From Eledone cirrhosa (Eukaryota), in the NCBI GenBank assembly GCA_964016885.1, contig OZ024742.1:206460001-206524000 (forward strand): a DNA stretch of 64,000 nucleotides, given 5' to 3'. Position 1 is the first letter of the stretch, and each line of letters begins with the position of its first letter. Positions 1-13,646 of the stretch are shown here, one piece after another. The notes below the pieces were generated by a model. It was not told the origin of the DNA. It ran no database searches and was given only the letters and a program-made list of their open reading frames with translations. Both the position numbers and the translations under genes were made by a program.

Positions 1-1770
1 GAGCGGGGCGTTCCCAGAAAAGATCTACGCATCTCTCTGTCAGCCGGGAGGTGGGGGTGGGGTTGCCATTTTTCTGCGGAAACACCTGGACCTCGTAACA
101 CAGACGGTACATCTGGACCCGGAGGGTTGACTGGTGGTCCTAGACGTTGACGGTAGTGAAGGTAGAGCCTTCAGGCTGGTGGTCGCATATGCCCCATCCG
201 AGACACCGCGGCCAGACTTCTTCAAACGTCTAGAGACTTTTCTGGAAACGCCCCGCTCCCTGCTGTTAGTGGGGGACTGGAATGGAATCCTAGATGCACG
301 TTGGGACTATGTGGGAACATGTCCCGATAGAGGGGGGTGTAACAGCCTCAAACAGTTAATCGGCCGATTTGACCTGGCCGATAGATATCGACTAGATTTT
401 CCGACTGTACCACTGTGGAGGTGAACTAATCGCAGTGGAACATCTAGATCGTACCTAGATAGGGTTCTAGTTAGAAAGAAGGATAGGGACATGTTAAGCT
501 GTCCACAAATGTTCATGGTTGCCTATTCAGATCACAAATTAGTGACCTGCTTAGTCAACCTTGACAAAACCCATAGACAGGGACCCAGCTACTGGAAGCT
601 GAACTTGTCGTTACCGACATGCAAATCCTACAGTAGACAGATTAGCACTTTAGTTAAGCAGCACTTGACGGGGGCCATTGTCAACAACAGATGGTGGTAC
701 TCTCTCAAGAGGGCAGTTAGATTAGACTCGATAGGTTTTAGTAAAGAATTAGTGTTAGATAGAAATAAGACCGAAAAGGAACTGGTAGATAAAGTAGAAG
801 AGGCAGTTAGGAGTGGCAACCTAGCCAGCGTGCTAACGACGAGAACGGCCTTGGACCAGTTCTTCGACGCAAAGCATGAAGGCTGCGTTGTCAGAAGCAA
901 AATATGTGCTCTGGGAAACGAGGGAGCCAAAGCTGTTAGCTGGGCCCGAGTGACGGAGGCGAAAAGTGGCAACAAGTCCACGATTCGGTCTTTGAAGGAC
1001 CAAGACGGACGCGTGATACGTGAGCCGAAGCAGATGTGAGCGGCCTTTCAGCAGCACTTTGCTCAACTGTTCGGGCAGGGAGGGGCTATGGATTTCGGTC
1101 CAGACCTCGACGGCCTACCGCGACTCTCGGACAGCGAGGCGAAGTTCTGCGAAAGGCCGATTTCGGCCGCTGAGATAGAGGACGCGCTGAGCCTTTGCGG
1201 CAAACGCAAATCTCCAGGTCTCGACGGTCTCGTAGCAATGCCGGACTTGCTCTCCGGTGTCCTGGAAGCGGTCTACTGCAACTGGCAGCAGAACGGGAGA
1301 ATTCCCAGTTCTGTGACCAAGGGCATCGAAAACCTGGTGGGAGAAGCGCAGACATGCGCAATCCCGACCAGGTCCATACACGACAACCTCCACCTCATGC
1401 GATATATCATAGAGCGGGTAGGGTGTAAACACGACTTCGGTGTCGCCCTGATCAACTTGGATCAGTCTAAGGCTTTCGATAGGGTTGACCATCGTTACCT
1501 GGATGCGGTGCTCGAGGCGGCAGGCTTCGGAGCCGTGTTGAGGAAAAAGAATAGAGGAAGGGAGTACTCACTCTTGGTGTTCCTGGAGATGAGGGTTGTA
1601 GATTTTCCGGGGTGTGTACAACCCCTGTGTAACGTTCCCCCCTATTGGGGATTTCAATTGTTATTTGTTATTTTATTAATAGTTTTATTTTCATATACCT
1701 GTATGTAAACTCCCCATTTATATTTGTCCCCTTCTTTTGTGCCCTTGTGGCTAATAAAGAAATTTATCTA
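1..1770 (+). mobile_element. Decayed Tx1/L1-clade LINE: APE endonuclease, partial RT with internal deletions, and 3' UTR
   Basis: APE motifs VVAYAP, LVGDWN, SYLDRV and SDHK. RT motifs KSPGLDG and LINLDQSKAFDRVDH. In-frame stops are present. The 3' end CCCTTGTGGCTAATAAAG plus (TCTA)n matches the 3' end of the copy at 54.5 kb. Confidence 0.9.
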
Positions 1771-2156
1771 TCTATCAATCTATCTCTCTCTCCCTATATA
1801 TATATATATATACCTATATATATATAAAGAGAGAGAGGGAGAGAGAGAAAGAGAGAGTCAATAAATGCATTTTAAAGAGTGGCTAAAGTAAATGGATAAC
1901 ATTCGATAAGGTAAGAAGGAGGTGGGGGAAGAATAGCAATAGCAGGGGAATTCCTAAGAGTTGTCATGGAGCTAGTGAAGGTGGTGATGGCGTTAGCAGA
2001 GGAGGTGGTAGTGGTGTGAGGTAATGTAGGTAGTTTTAGGTGTAGGTGTTAAGTTGGTGATGGTGGATGTGTTGTTGTTGATGATGGTGGTGGTGGTGTG
2101 AAGAAATCTAAACTATAATAAAGGTAAAATAAGTTGGATTACTTTGAATAAATAAT

Positions 2157-2339
2157 TGTTTCTACTTTTGGCACAAGGCCAGCAATTACCCAGTGCATTA
2201 CTGGTACTTTATTTCATCGACCCCATGAGGATGAAAGGCAAAGTTAACCTTGGCGCGATTTGAACTCAGAATGGCAAGGAAACACTATGCGTCAAAGCAT
2301 GGCGTCCGACCCTCTACCGATACTGCCAATCCACCGCCC
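2157..2339 (-). mobile_element. tRNA-derived SINE family A, full copy with TSD
   Basis: A/B-box-like head (TGGCAGTATCGG, GTTCAAATC) and body GCCTTTCATCCT..GGGGTCGAT.AAATAAAGTACCAG, which resembles the MetaSINE domain (recalled, not verified). TSD TTACTTTGAATAAATAAT at 2139 and 2340. Confidence 0.9.
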
Positions 2340-2714
2340 TTACTTTGAATAAATAATGAATGAATATTACATAATTTATCTACTAAATTTCGTAAACAAA
2401 AATAAATAATTTAAAATTGACTTCTTTTCAAAGTTGCACTTCATGGATTACGTTACTGTTTACATGAGACAGTGTAACACAGTCTTCGTTCTGTGTATAT
2501 TGTCAATTACGATTTTATTTGATCATATCTACATGTATATATACTTGCGTATAATATCAATATACACACTACACATGCTAGCAGAAAACCACTTTTTTTT
2601 CTGCTAGCATATGTAATTTTAGGTGGTGGTGTGTTGGTGTTGGTAGTGTGAAGTAATATAGGTAGTTTTAGGTGTACGTGTTAATTTGGTGATGGCGTGA
2701 TCATTTCATTTTTT

Positions 2715-3050
2715 CATTTCATTTTACGTCCGCTTTTTCCCTGCTTGCAAGGGTGGGACGGGAACTGATGCTGGCTTGATTTCTACAGCTGGATGCCCTT
2801 CCTAACACCAACCACATTTACAGTGAGTGCTGGGTGCTTTTTTGCCGTGGCACTTCCACGACCACTTTGCAGTGGTATGATATGGACCCCAGTCCCCATC
2901 ATCTCATTTCTACAGCTGAGTAAACTGGAGCAATGTCAAATAAATAATCTTACTCAAGGAAACAACACATCACCCGGTTTGAGAATTGAACTCACAACCT
3001 TTCGATTGCAAGGCCAATGCTCTAACCACCAAGCCACGTGCCTCCACGTG
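2715..3050 (-). mobile_element. tRNA-head CORE-like SINE with RTE-derived 3' tail
   Basis: tRNA-like head and core TTGCTCCAGTTTACTCAGCTGTAGAAATGAG. The tail matches the RTE 3' UTR at 29175-29470. Confidence 0.85.
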
Positions 3051-3849
3051 ATATGTAGTGTATTTAGAAGTGTTATCCAATGTGTCCTATTTTCAAAGGT
3101 TTGCAAAGTATCGATTTGTGAGATTTGGCTGCTAATTCTAGCATAACTGTAGCTTCCATGTTATGTCTCAACTAGTTTCATTGTATGTGAGGTCAGTAAG
3201 TGTAGAATATTTAAACATTTTGAAGATAGTAGGGGGGGGAAGAACATTTGGCTACTATTCCTAGCAAATTAGTCAAGCAATGGAAGCTTCATCATTGTCT
3301 GGAGTGAAGACAGTTGTTGTTTAACCCAAGGTCAAACCTGATGAAGCAGACATACGATCAAAGGCATTCCTGTTATGTGGCCATATTTGAAGTGATTTAA
3401 TAACTTCCTTATTATTAAGCTGGTGTTTGAAACATAATTTAACAAAGATTCTTACATAAAACTATAATGGAGGATTTTATTTGATTTTATTACTTGAAAA
3501 CAATTTTATGCTGCTGAATTAGGGACAGTTTTAGGTAGCTTGGTATTAAAAGGGATAATTCTCATTACCATTGTTTCTTATCTGCTAGCTTATACTGGCC
3601 GAGTCTGGATGGATTTTCTAAGTCAGTGTTTTATGGCCAGATGCCTTTCCTGTCACACACCCTTTTAGTCACCTCATCACCTTTTATAATATGCAAGGAC
3701 ATGCTGTATCTATTCTAAAACTAGGGTTATCCAGTGGTTTCAGGCAGTTTGATATCAAAAGAATTAACTAGTTTTCAACCTGGAACCATGTATAGGCTCC
3801 CTCTTTGATCATGTTTTGTTGGTGTATAGTGCAGAACAGAATATCTTCA

Positions 3850-4460
3850 GTACAAAAAACTCATAGATGGAGGGGTGCTTTAACAACAGACCACTACACA
3901 ATAATATCCCACATGTGTAAGCCAGACAAATACTGTTGTGAAGCCATTGTTGATATGTTCCAACTACATCTGCTCTCCTGTTACTCCAGAGAAGCTTGGT
4001 TCACTCAGCCCACTACTTTTAATGATGTCATCAGAAAGAATCTTGATGTGGCTGGTTTCCCATCACAACCGGAGCCTGCCAGCCTTGACCACGATGATGT
4101 CACGTGCTCATATGGAATAATCCTTCATTTGAGGGAGGTAAATCTCTAATCTGGGATGCCATGTTCTGTGGCACATTCTCTGTCTCCAACCTTTTTGCTT
4201 TGGCAATAAACCTGGCACTATCACCCATAAATCAAGGAAGAAATGCCTAGGCAAATACCAGGAGATGGCTAACAGCTTCCTTTTTATACTGGCTGCCACT
4301 GAAACCTCAGTTGACCTCAGTTCTCAAATGCCCATTTTCCTCTGCAAATTGGGTGGAGTGGTTGATGCAACAGGTATCACTGGCTTTTCTCCATAGCAAT
4401 AACTGCCATTTTGTCTGTAAGCCACAGCTAGGATATACCAGTTTGCTACAGGGTTCCCTT
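3850..4460 (+). mobile_element. Degenerate CRE-like non-LTR 3' fragment (Zn knuckle and restriction-like endonuclease)
   Basis: CCEAIVD..LHLLSC...FNDVIRKNLDVAGFPSQPEP..WDA resembles the RLE C-terminus of CRE-clade elements. Confidence 0.6.
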
Positions 4461-5375
4461 TTCAACTCTTTATCTCATCATGCATTGAGTACTACTACTA
4501 TCTTGATTTGTCGTCTTTTCACTCTTCATACCACAAAAACTCCATATATATGTTATTACAATCTTTTGAACCCTGAACCCCAGTTCTGTGTGTGTGGTCT
4601 CCAGCCTGGTTGATTGTACAAAAAATGTTGAAAAAAAATGATATTTGTCAATTAAACCTGAAAAAGGATAATACATGAATGCATGAACATGAGAGAAATG
4701 CCAACATTTCCAAAGAACTCAGGCTAAAGCATCGATGTAAAAAGATTGCTGATTCATGCAGAAAGTGGTGTAAATAACAGTAGTGAACAGAAGTGTGTGA
4801 CAGAATGGAATACTTGGCTGGTGAGATACAGTCAAATATCCTTGGGGCCAAAATACCAGGCTGATAGGTTCAAAGAATTAATGGTTAAGATTGTAAATAT
4901 AAATTATGTAAGCTGACTACAAGCACCAATTCAACAGAGAAAACACAAAACAAAAAACAAACAAAACCCAGATAAGGCTGGGAGAGCCTGTTTTCTTTCT
5001 CCTGTGTGGGATTGGTGCTTGTAAATGTCATATATAATCTATATTTAAAATGTATAACTTATAATTATATAAACATATATCAGTGAGTGTGGGGGTGGGG
5101 GGGGGGGGGGGAGAATCAGTAGAGCACCATACAAAATACATTATATGTATTTGTCAATGTCCTTTTGAGTTTAAACACGCCCAAGTTGACTTTACTTATT
5201 TTCCTTTTAAAGTTAATAAGTACCATAAAATGCAGGAGTTGATGTAATTGACTAAACTCCTACAAACTGAGTCCCACCATGTCACCACTAATAGAATATG
5301 AATAGTAATGTGCAAGATTTTAGTTTTAGAATCTTTTGTCAAAGCTATATTTCAATGAACTGCTTAATATGCCTA

Positions 5376-5716
5376 AAGGGTAAAGGGTAAAGACCTCCCT
5401 CAGTCATGAATGATCATGGGATTTGCACCTAGAAAGTTTCCCTCCTAGGCACAAGTCCGGACAAGGTTGTTTGTGGAAGACCAGCAGTCGCCCATGCATA
5501 CTAGCCTCCCCTCTGCACTCCACCAATGTTGTCCAAGGGAAAGGCAAAGGCCAATACAGCTTGACACGTGACATCGCAACTCATTTCTACAGCTGAGTAA
5601 ACTGGAGCAGTGTGAAATAAAGTGTTTTGCACAACGTAAAACCTTGTCTGAGAATCGAACTCACAACCTCGTGATTGTAAGCCCGACACTCTAACCACTA
5701 AGTCATGCGCCTTCAC
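5376..5716 (-). mobile_element. tRNA-head CORE-like SINE with a different tail, with TSD
   Basis: Same head and core as the copy at 2715. Tail ends in (CCCTTTA)n. TSD TTAATATGCCTA at 5364 and 5717. Confidence 0.85.
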
Positions 5717-5752
5717 TTAATATGCCTAGAAACAGATATTTCAGTGATTTTA

Positions 5753-5934
5753 TAAAGGTTGGCCGAAAATTTCATAGGCTGACAATGATACCCCCATGGT
5801 TTATTTTTCAACATAGTCTCTGGAAAGAAACAATGAAGTTATTAATATGTAGGTTGAAATAAATGCATACAAGATTTCACAGCACTTGAATCACTCCTTC
5901 ATAGTCAGCCTATGAAGTTTCCCACTTACCCTCG
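5753..5934. mobile_element. Tc1/mariner-type MITE
   Basis: Imperfect TIRs (..GGTTGGCCGAAAATTTCATAGGCTGAC / GTCAGCCTATGAAG..CCCTCG) with TA flanks. Inverted relative of the copy at 6331. Confidence 0.75.
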
Positions 5935-6330
5935 TACTGAATCATCACTCTTGATTATTTAAACAAATTGATTGAAAAAATTGTTGATAATTTATCTCTA
6001 ATAACGAAATATATTGATTTCTAGCATTGACACAAGGTAACATGAACCTGGTTCAAATGTTTCAAGCAGAATAAACTTTGCTAAAGGCACCAAAGTGTTG
6101 AGTGGTAAGCAGAGCTATGATCAAATGCATTCCATTCATTAAACATTTCTTGGGAATTACATATCCAGAACTAGATAACTGAATGTTTGTGCTTCTCCCC
6201 ATTCACATAAGTAGGGTGTAATTTAAAGGAGATTCAGCTGCAATTTATAGCAAGTTGAGCAACTACATCAAGGCTTCCTTCAATTACATATTATTTAAAA
6301 CCATAACCACACACAGGATCTATTGATATA

Positions 6331-6528
6331 CGAGGGTTGGCAGAAAACTTCATAGGCTGACTATAAAGGAGTGATGCTAGAGCTGTGAAATCTTGCAGAC
6401 ATTGATTTCAACTCTTCTTATTAATAACTGCATTGTTTCTTTCCAGGGACTATATTGAAAAATAAATCTCATTTGGTTATTCTATGAGAGTATCTTGGTT
6501 AACCTATGAAATTTTCAGCCAACCCTCA
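6331..6528. mobile_element. Tc1/mariner-type MITE
   Basis: TA|CGAGGGTTGGCAGAAAACTTCATAGG ... CCTATGAAATTTTCAGCCAACCCTCA|TA. Confidence 0.85.
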
Positions 6529-6578
6529 TAATTACAAAAGGGTCAAGTTTATCTTACTTGATTTGTGATTTACTAGAC

Positions 6579-6734
6579 TAATGGTCACCAACTGGTGGTC
6601 TGAGAGAAAATTTTGGTGGTCCGCAGAAAAATTTTAATGTATTTATCTTTTTAAAGAAATTCATATTAGTGGTTCGCGGGATTTAAAATTATGAATTTAA
6701 TGTCCCGTGAGGTCCAAAAGGTTGGCAACCACTG
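6579..6734. mobile_element. hAT (Charlie-like) MITE
   Basis: 8-bp TSD TACTAGAC on both sides. TIRs TAATGGTCACCAAC / GTTGGCAACCACTG. Confidence 0.85.
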
Positions 6735-7124
6735 TACTAGACTACATTTCAACTGATGTATGACAAGTGTTGTAGAGCAAAAGGTAAACTCCTAACAAAT
6801 TAAAACTATTACTGTACAGTTTTAATCAGTGGATAATGCCATTTCACTTTACTACCACTGTTAAAGCCTTTGAGAAAGGCATAATCAACACATCAGAACA
6901 TTCAATTTACCCTATTCTGAAAGAAAAAAACTCATTCAAGACCTTGTGCCTAGTAAAAAAAAATCCCTTAATATTTCTACTGAGGGGATTTTCCATTATC
7001 TATTAATATGAAGCTGTCTAAATGTGGCAGACCATCCAAACAAACCAAAGCAGTGAGCAACAATATCACATCACCAGAATTGAACTACTATGTTCTGAGA
7101 TCAACAAATTATTATATACAACAC

Positions 7125-7685
7125 TATTGGTAGAGAATCAGACATCATGCTTCGTGGCATAGAATTTTGGCCCTTTATGTTCTAATTTCAAATTCTGCTG
7201 AGGTTAACTTTCCCTTTCAAATAAAGCACCAGTAATGCACTGGGGTCAATTTAATCAACTTTCCCCCTCCCTCCAAATTGTTGCCTTTGAGCCTTTGGAA
7301 GAATCGGTAGAGCGTCGGACAACATGCTTTGTGGCATAGAGGTATGGCCCTTTACGTTCTGAGTTCAAATTCCGCCGAAGTTAGCTTTGCCTTTCATCCT
7401 TACGGGGTTGATAAAATAAAATACTAGTAACACAATGGGGTCGATTTAATCGACTTTTCCCTCCTCCAAAATTTTTGGCCTTGTGCCTAAATCAGAAACC
7501 ATTATTGTGGATTGGCAGTATTGGTAGAGGGTCGGATGCCATGCTTTGACGTATAGGGTTACGGCCCTTGCAATTCTGAGTTCAAATCCCGCCGAGGTTA
7601 ACTTTGCCTTACGGGGTCGATAAAATAAAGAACCAGTAATGTACTGGGTAATGGCTGGCCTTGTGCCAAACGTAGAAACAATTAT
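7125..7685 (+). mobile_element. Three stacked SINE family A copies
   Basis: Head, body and tail repeat, starting at about 7125, 7298 and 7507. Confidence 0.85.
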
Positions 7686-8828
7686 TTACAACAGGAAAAA
7701 TTAGCTGTTGTCTCTCCTCTGCTGCTATTGGTATCAGAGGATGATTAACTGCATCAAGTAGTGGGACATGGTTTTAGAAAGGATGAATCCAAACTCTGCT
7801 AGCCTACACAAGTAGGTGTGAGATGTCAATGATGGTGTCTTACTTAAACTAACTAACTACTGTCTTGGAGGCCTTGAAAAGGGTTCAGACACCGCCCTCT
7901 TTCATAAAACAATAACAAATAAAACAACAACATAAAAACAACAACCTAGGATGAGTCAACGAAGGAGCACTTACATGGATATCCTATTTACCAGAAATAG
8001 CAGTCAAACATTCCTCAAATAACATTTTACCATTTAAGAAAAAGATATTGGATAATGCAGTCCATAAAATAAGTTTAGATCATAATGGCTAAAATGCTTT
8101 TGATCATAGGTCTGCCTTGTGAGAGCTAACCTGTAGCTAAACAGACAATAACTAGGTACAGTAACATAATTAGTGTACATTCTATTAGATTGTAATGCTG
8201 AGTTCAATTTCTTGTATTGAACCCCCCCCCCCTCTCTCTCTAAGAATTTTGGATCCAATATTTAGTTCTCATTTTCAGCGGCATATGATATAACTGGGGT
8301 GCAGCAGTGTGAATTCCAGAGGAATGACTTTATACAGAGGGATCCACCCAACATTAAATGGATGGCTTACTCAGTGGAAAGGGGTTCCATAATGACTACT
8401 TTTCACTATAATTTATACATGCCATTTATCTCATTCTCCCCCCCCCCTCCCCGTTATTCTCTCTCTAGCTTTATTCCTTTTCCTTCTCGCTCCCTCTTTA
8501 ATTCTTATCATCCTCATGCATTCTATCACCCTCTTTCCTTTTCTCAGGACCATTACTTTTTCTCTTCTTTCATACACAAACACAAATACAAAATACACAT
8601 ACATGCACATACTGAACATTCACATACACACATACCCATGTACATACAGACATTTTATGATTTAGTATTGCAATGGTGCCAGTAGTTTTTATTCACATAG
8701 CCACTATTCTCAGATATTTGAGCCTGTAAATCATGAAGTACTAAAACATATATATAAAACATTCTGTGTGTCTTTCTATGTTTTGGGATATATGTAAGCA
8801 TGAGTATAAACATACAAGTTTATGAGTG

Positions 8829-8834
<6 letters not shown>

Positions 8835-8925
<91 letters not shown>

Positions 8926-8972
8926 ATTTATGTATGTATTTATGTATATATGTGTGTGTGCATGTATGTGTA
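8835..8972. repeat. (TA)n/(TG)n microsatellite
   Basis: Direct reading of the sequence. Confidence 0.95.
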
Positions 8973-9900
8973 TGGTAAAACATCTGAAGTTGTGGATAAA
9001 TTTGTGTATTTAGGCAGCACAGTTAACATGACAAACACTCTTGATAATGAAATCTTTTTAATACTAAAGAAAGCAAGTGATTCTTTTGGTAAATTAGATG
9101 GGCGTCTCCAGTGTCGATCTGGGATTTCCATTGATACAAAGTCAAGAGTTGTATTGCATGTGAAACTTGGGTCACATACCAGCAAAATATAAAAATGTTT
9201 TCATCAACAGTGTCTTTGTCAAATACTCAGTATCCATTGGCAATCATATATGAATGATGTTGAAGTGCTGGAACAGAGTCATTTTGAAAGTATTGAATCT
9301 CTCATAATTCAATATAGGTTGTGTGGGGGACGGTGGGGGGCATTGTGTAAGAATGCCAGATCATTATATTCTTAAGCAGTTACTGTAGTATGGGGAGTTA
9401 GTCAAAAGCATATAAAGACTGCATCAAAAGAGCTTTGATACAGTCTAATATCAGAGAAGATAACTGAAAAGACATTGCCTTAGGTCGATTATCCTGGAGA
9501 AAAACAGTATTTAATGGAAAACAGGAATTAAAATATTTTTGTTTAGAACATGAAAAATGAAAGAGCAGTCTACATAAGGGTCTACACGGAATTACTTTAC
9601 CTGGTAAACATATTTTGAAACAGCGAGCGAGTTTTGAAATTAGAAATAGTATCTTTCGCCGTAATTTTTGGTCTTAGAAGTCATCATAGAAGCCATGTAC
9701 AAAATGTTGCCAATTAAGACTCTTTGGCATTTCTTCCTGTCAGAAGTGTAGAAAACAATGTGCCTTGGCCAGTGAGACCCAATGTCAGATGAACACTCAC
9801 CAAAACAAAACAGGGAACAAAAGTGGAAGTAATAGTCATCATTACAGCATATGCAGAAAAGAATATAAAACCTTGGCAGGGCTAAGGAGTAATGTTTGTG
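8973..9900 (+). mobile_element. Degenerate RTE LINE 3' fragment
   Basis: EVVDKFVYLGSTV..LDNEI..KASDSFGKL, followed by frameshifted RTE C-terminal motifs. Confidence 0.75.
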
Positions 9901-11049
9901 CTACCCATATGTAAGAGGAGGATCAGGTGGTGGTAACTCTTGAAATTGAGATGCATTATACATATATATATGTGTGTGTGTTTTGTTCATAGCTGATGAT
10001 TCACTACATTGTTATTTAGAGTGAGCCATTAGCTTCAAATGAATAAATATACACCCCTGTGTATATTGAGTACTCTTTCTCCTATTATTCTATATGGTGT
10101 GGTATGGACCCATAGCTCCTAAGGGAAACATTGGAGTGTCATAGTGACATATAGCATTTCTTAGGGTATTTCATAGACCTGGTGAAACCTATTCCCTCTT
10201 TAGTCCCATGTACAGCAGATTTCTTCCAACGAAGGATAGAGAGTGAGAGAAAAGAAGTAAGAAAGAGATATAGAAGAATAATCTATATATATATTTTATA
10301 TACTCACATACAGTTGTACACATATATGATAGAAGTTGACAGACACAATAGTGAGTATGACTGTAGCTTGTTAATGTGCTGCAAAATCAAGATGATGTTT
10401 TTGCCCTGATGCTTTGCAGCTTTTACCACAACTGTGACATAAATGTCTCTTTTCAGTTAAATACAATACAGAACCATGACAATTGGCATTGTGTACAAAC
10501 ATAGTTCTGTACAATAATTGAGAGACAATATTTGTTACAAGATTGGAAGACAGGCTCATAGACATACACATACTCAAATGATATCTCCCTCTTTCCTGGC
10601 TGGTACTTGCAAGCATATATGACTTGGTAGCAGCAACATGCATTCTTGTACTATGTCTTCACTCCTACTTTAGGTGCCCATGTTAGTAACAAGCTGGTAG
10701 AGACACCCTCTTGATCTAGCAGAACATTAAAGATATGGGAGGAGAGAGAGAGAGAGAGCTATATCTATCTAACATGTAGATAGAAGCAAGAGTTATTTAA
10801 AGGTGAACTTTATCCACACTGCCATATAATTGTCATGGTGTTTCCATTTCATAGATCCAACAGCGCTACCTGATGTGTCACTGCACTTCAATGAATGATG
10901 TCAGTGTTGGTCCGCCATCTGCTTATTAAACATCAAGCTGGATTATTTGCAATGAACTTCCATATTTATCTAGGGGCTGTTCTATTTGCTGTTTGTAGAA
11001 AAACACCATAGTAGTACAGCCCTATAAAAGAATATCATTATCATCATCA

Positions 11050-11760
11050 ATACAAGAATTAAGACAATACAACACAAAGTGATATTTACATCACGTAAAG
11101 GAAAGGGGGTAACACCTCAGTTAACAAATGTCAACAAATACAAGTTCTCCAATAGTTGGGGTTTGCACTTTAGGGTAATCCAAGGGAGAAATCCCACACA
11201 AAGCTCCAGATTACTTTGTTATTTCATGGGCATTAAAAGTGCCCTCTCTCAGTTTGCTTTCTCCTACTTAGAAAATCATAATCAGAGTAGACCCATTCAG
11301 CTGCATCAGTCTGCCCACTCTCAACCATCCCTCATTAAACACCCTAGAAGGCAGCACTTCCCTCTTTACTCTCATCTTCCACTTCAAGGGAAACTTGCAT
11401 AAGTTGATGAAGGCTTGGTTGGAGAGGGAGATTTCTGTCTTCAATCTTTTTAGATGAGTCTACCATACAGCTTCCTTTGTCATAACTACCAGGCAGAGGA
11501 AGGCTTGACGCATCCATCTTCTAAAAGAAGGTGGTGGTTCAATTTTCAGGGTAGACGGGCTAATAGCTGGATCTGTCCTACATGTGATAGCAGTTGATTG
11601 ACACAAGACCACAGGTCTGCAATGCACTGGCGTTGGTCAATAACATACAGGACAGTTTTGTGACCCTGTGTGCATCTTAAACAGATCCAACTGTTGATAC
11701 TTCTGTGCCTGTAGAGCTTATTTCAAACTGTATGTGTACCTGCATAGCACTGTCATGGCA
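11050..11760 (-). mobile_element. Old Tx1-like LINE 3' fragment
   Basis: The minus strand gives ICLRCTQGHKTVLYVIDQRQCIADLWSCVNQLLSHVGQIQL, homologous to ORF 54759-55412. Confidence 0.75.
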
Positions 11761-11804
11761 TGGATTTAATAATAAAAACAACAATGTTTAAAATCATCAT
11801 TATA

Positions 11805-12335
11805 ATTATATGAGTTCAAATCCTTTTGAGGTCAATTCTGCATTTTATCCTTTTGGGGATTAATATATAATCCCCCAAAATAGTTGTCCTTGTGCCTAAA
11901 TTAGAAACCATTATGCAGATTTTCAGTATTGGTAGAGCTTCAGACACTATGCTTTGCATCATTGAGTTATGACCCTTTATGTTTTGAGTTCAATCCTGCT
12001 GAGGTTAGCTTTGCCTTTCATCCTTATGGGGTCGATAAAACAAAGTACCAGTAAGGCACTAGGGTCGATTTTTATTGACTCCCCCCACCCCCCAAAAAAA
12101 AGAATTGCTGGCCTTATGCCCAAATTAGAAACCATTATTATTTGGTGGATTGGCAGTATCGGTAGAGGATCGGACACCATGCTTTGACGCATAGAGTTAC
12201 GGCCCTTGCCATTCTGTGTTCAAATCCCGCCGAGGTTAACTTTGCCTTTCATCCTTATGGGGTCGATAAAATAAAGTATCAGTAATGCACTGGGTAATTG
12301 CTGGCCTTGTGCAAAAGTAGAAACAATTATTATTA
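11805..12335 (+). mobile_element. Three stacked SINE family A copies
   Basis: Copies start at about 11805, 11915 and 12144. Confidence 0.85.
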
Positions 12336-12888
12336 TAATTGACTGTCATATTCATTAGGTCAATTTCAATATTTTCAGTCTTTTAAACAGCTGTTTTTGG
12401 CATTTTTCCCATAGTTCTTACAATAGCAGTTATGATTATATTCACATGCCCTAGAGTTTTCACTATTCACAGTAAGTCAAACCCAGTTACTTTTCAATAT
12501 TTTGTTTTATTATTTTTACTCTGATTCCACTATCATATGGTATAGTAAAATCTCTGATTTATTTTCTCTATTATGATATCTGACCTTCCGATATCTATTA
12601 CATAGTTATCAGTGACAAAATATGACCACAATCTTTTTTTTTATACAGATCTGGATTTTTCATCTATGTTATTATATATATTCTTCTACTTTAACAATAT
12701 GCCAGCCATTAAGTTACCATGCAGTAAAACCCGGTTGATGGCCGGAGCTTGTCAGACTTAGAAAGCAACCAGACTAGGAAAATGACAACATGGAGCATTC
12801 AGTTAATTTATCTAAATCATTTTTCTGCACTGAAGAGAGCCTAAAGATTATCTCAGTATTGATGTTGCTTGGATATTGATTTGTTTTA

Positions 12889-13646
12889 ATCCTTTAGCAT
12901 TTACATTACTCTATATATACTATTGTATTTTCACAGTAAAGGTTTTATCTCACATAATATCGAACCTACTTTGCCTTTCATCCTTACGGGGTCGATAAAA
13001 TAAAGTACCAGTAATGCACTGTGTAATTGCTGGCCTTGTGCCTAAAGTAGAAACAATTATTTATTTTGAGAACAATAGCTTAACATAAGTATGAGCAGCT
13101 AATTACGGCCGGTTTGAACAGAAAGAGGTGAGAGGATTCTGGCCAGATACAGCAAGGTTAATGATGTTCCTATTTCTATTTAGTTTGTTTCTAATATCAC
13201 CAAATGTCACCTTTCATTTGGTTCTGTTTCTCCTCATTATATTTATTACCCAACTTTTAATGATCTTGTTATCTTGTTCACTGGTTAGGCAATTCTTTCA
13301 AACTATATTGTTTTTATAACAAGCATGTCACATTTGTCAATACCAGATGGCTTTGCAATATCTCTAATTCTGAAAAATGGCATAAAAATGTATCTTTTAG
13401 TCCTTTTAGTACAATATTTTTAATGAAAGACACTGCTTATGATTTTCAGATAATTTTGAAAATAATCCAGAATTTAAAGTGATTTAATATAAGTAACTTC
13501 CTTATTATTAAGCTGGTGCTTGAAACATAACTTAAAGATTCTTACTTAAAACTATGATAGAAAATGTTATTAGATACATAAATATTTAAAAGTAGTTTTA
13601 TGTTGTTGAATTAGTGACAGTTTTAGGTAGTTTGGTATTAAAAGGG
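12889..13646. mobile_element. Possible non-autonomous piggyBac-like element containing a SINE A fragment (12968-13060)
   Basis: TTAA|TCCTTT at the left end and AAAGGG|TTAA at the right end. Confidence 0.45.

Noticed and set aside
2260-2339. tRNA-like sequences
   Set aside because: They are SINE heads without a complete cloverleaf.
2005-2695. Roughly 55-bp direct repeat at 2010 and 2640
   Set aside because: It is GT-rich low-complexity sequence with no functional signal.
12826-12870. GCA-CTGAAGA-GAG..CTC..TGC
   Set aside because: It lacks the GAAA core strand.
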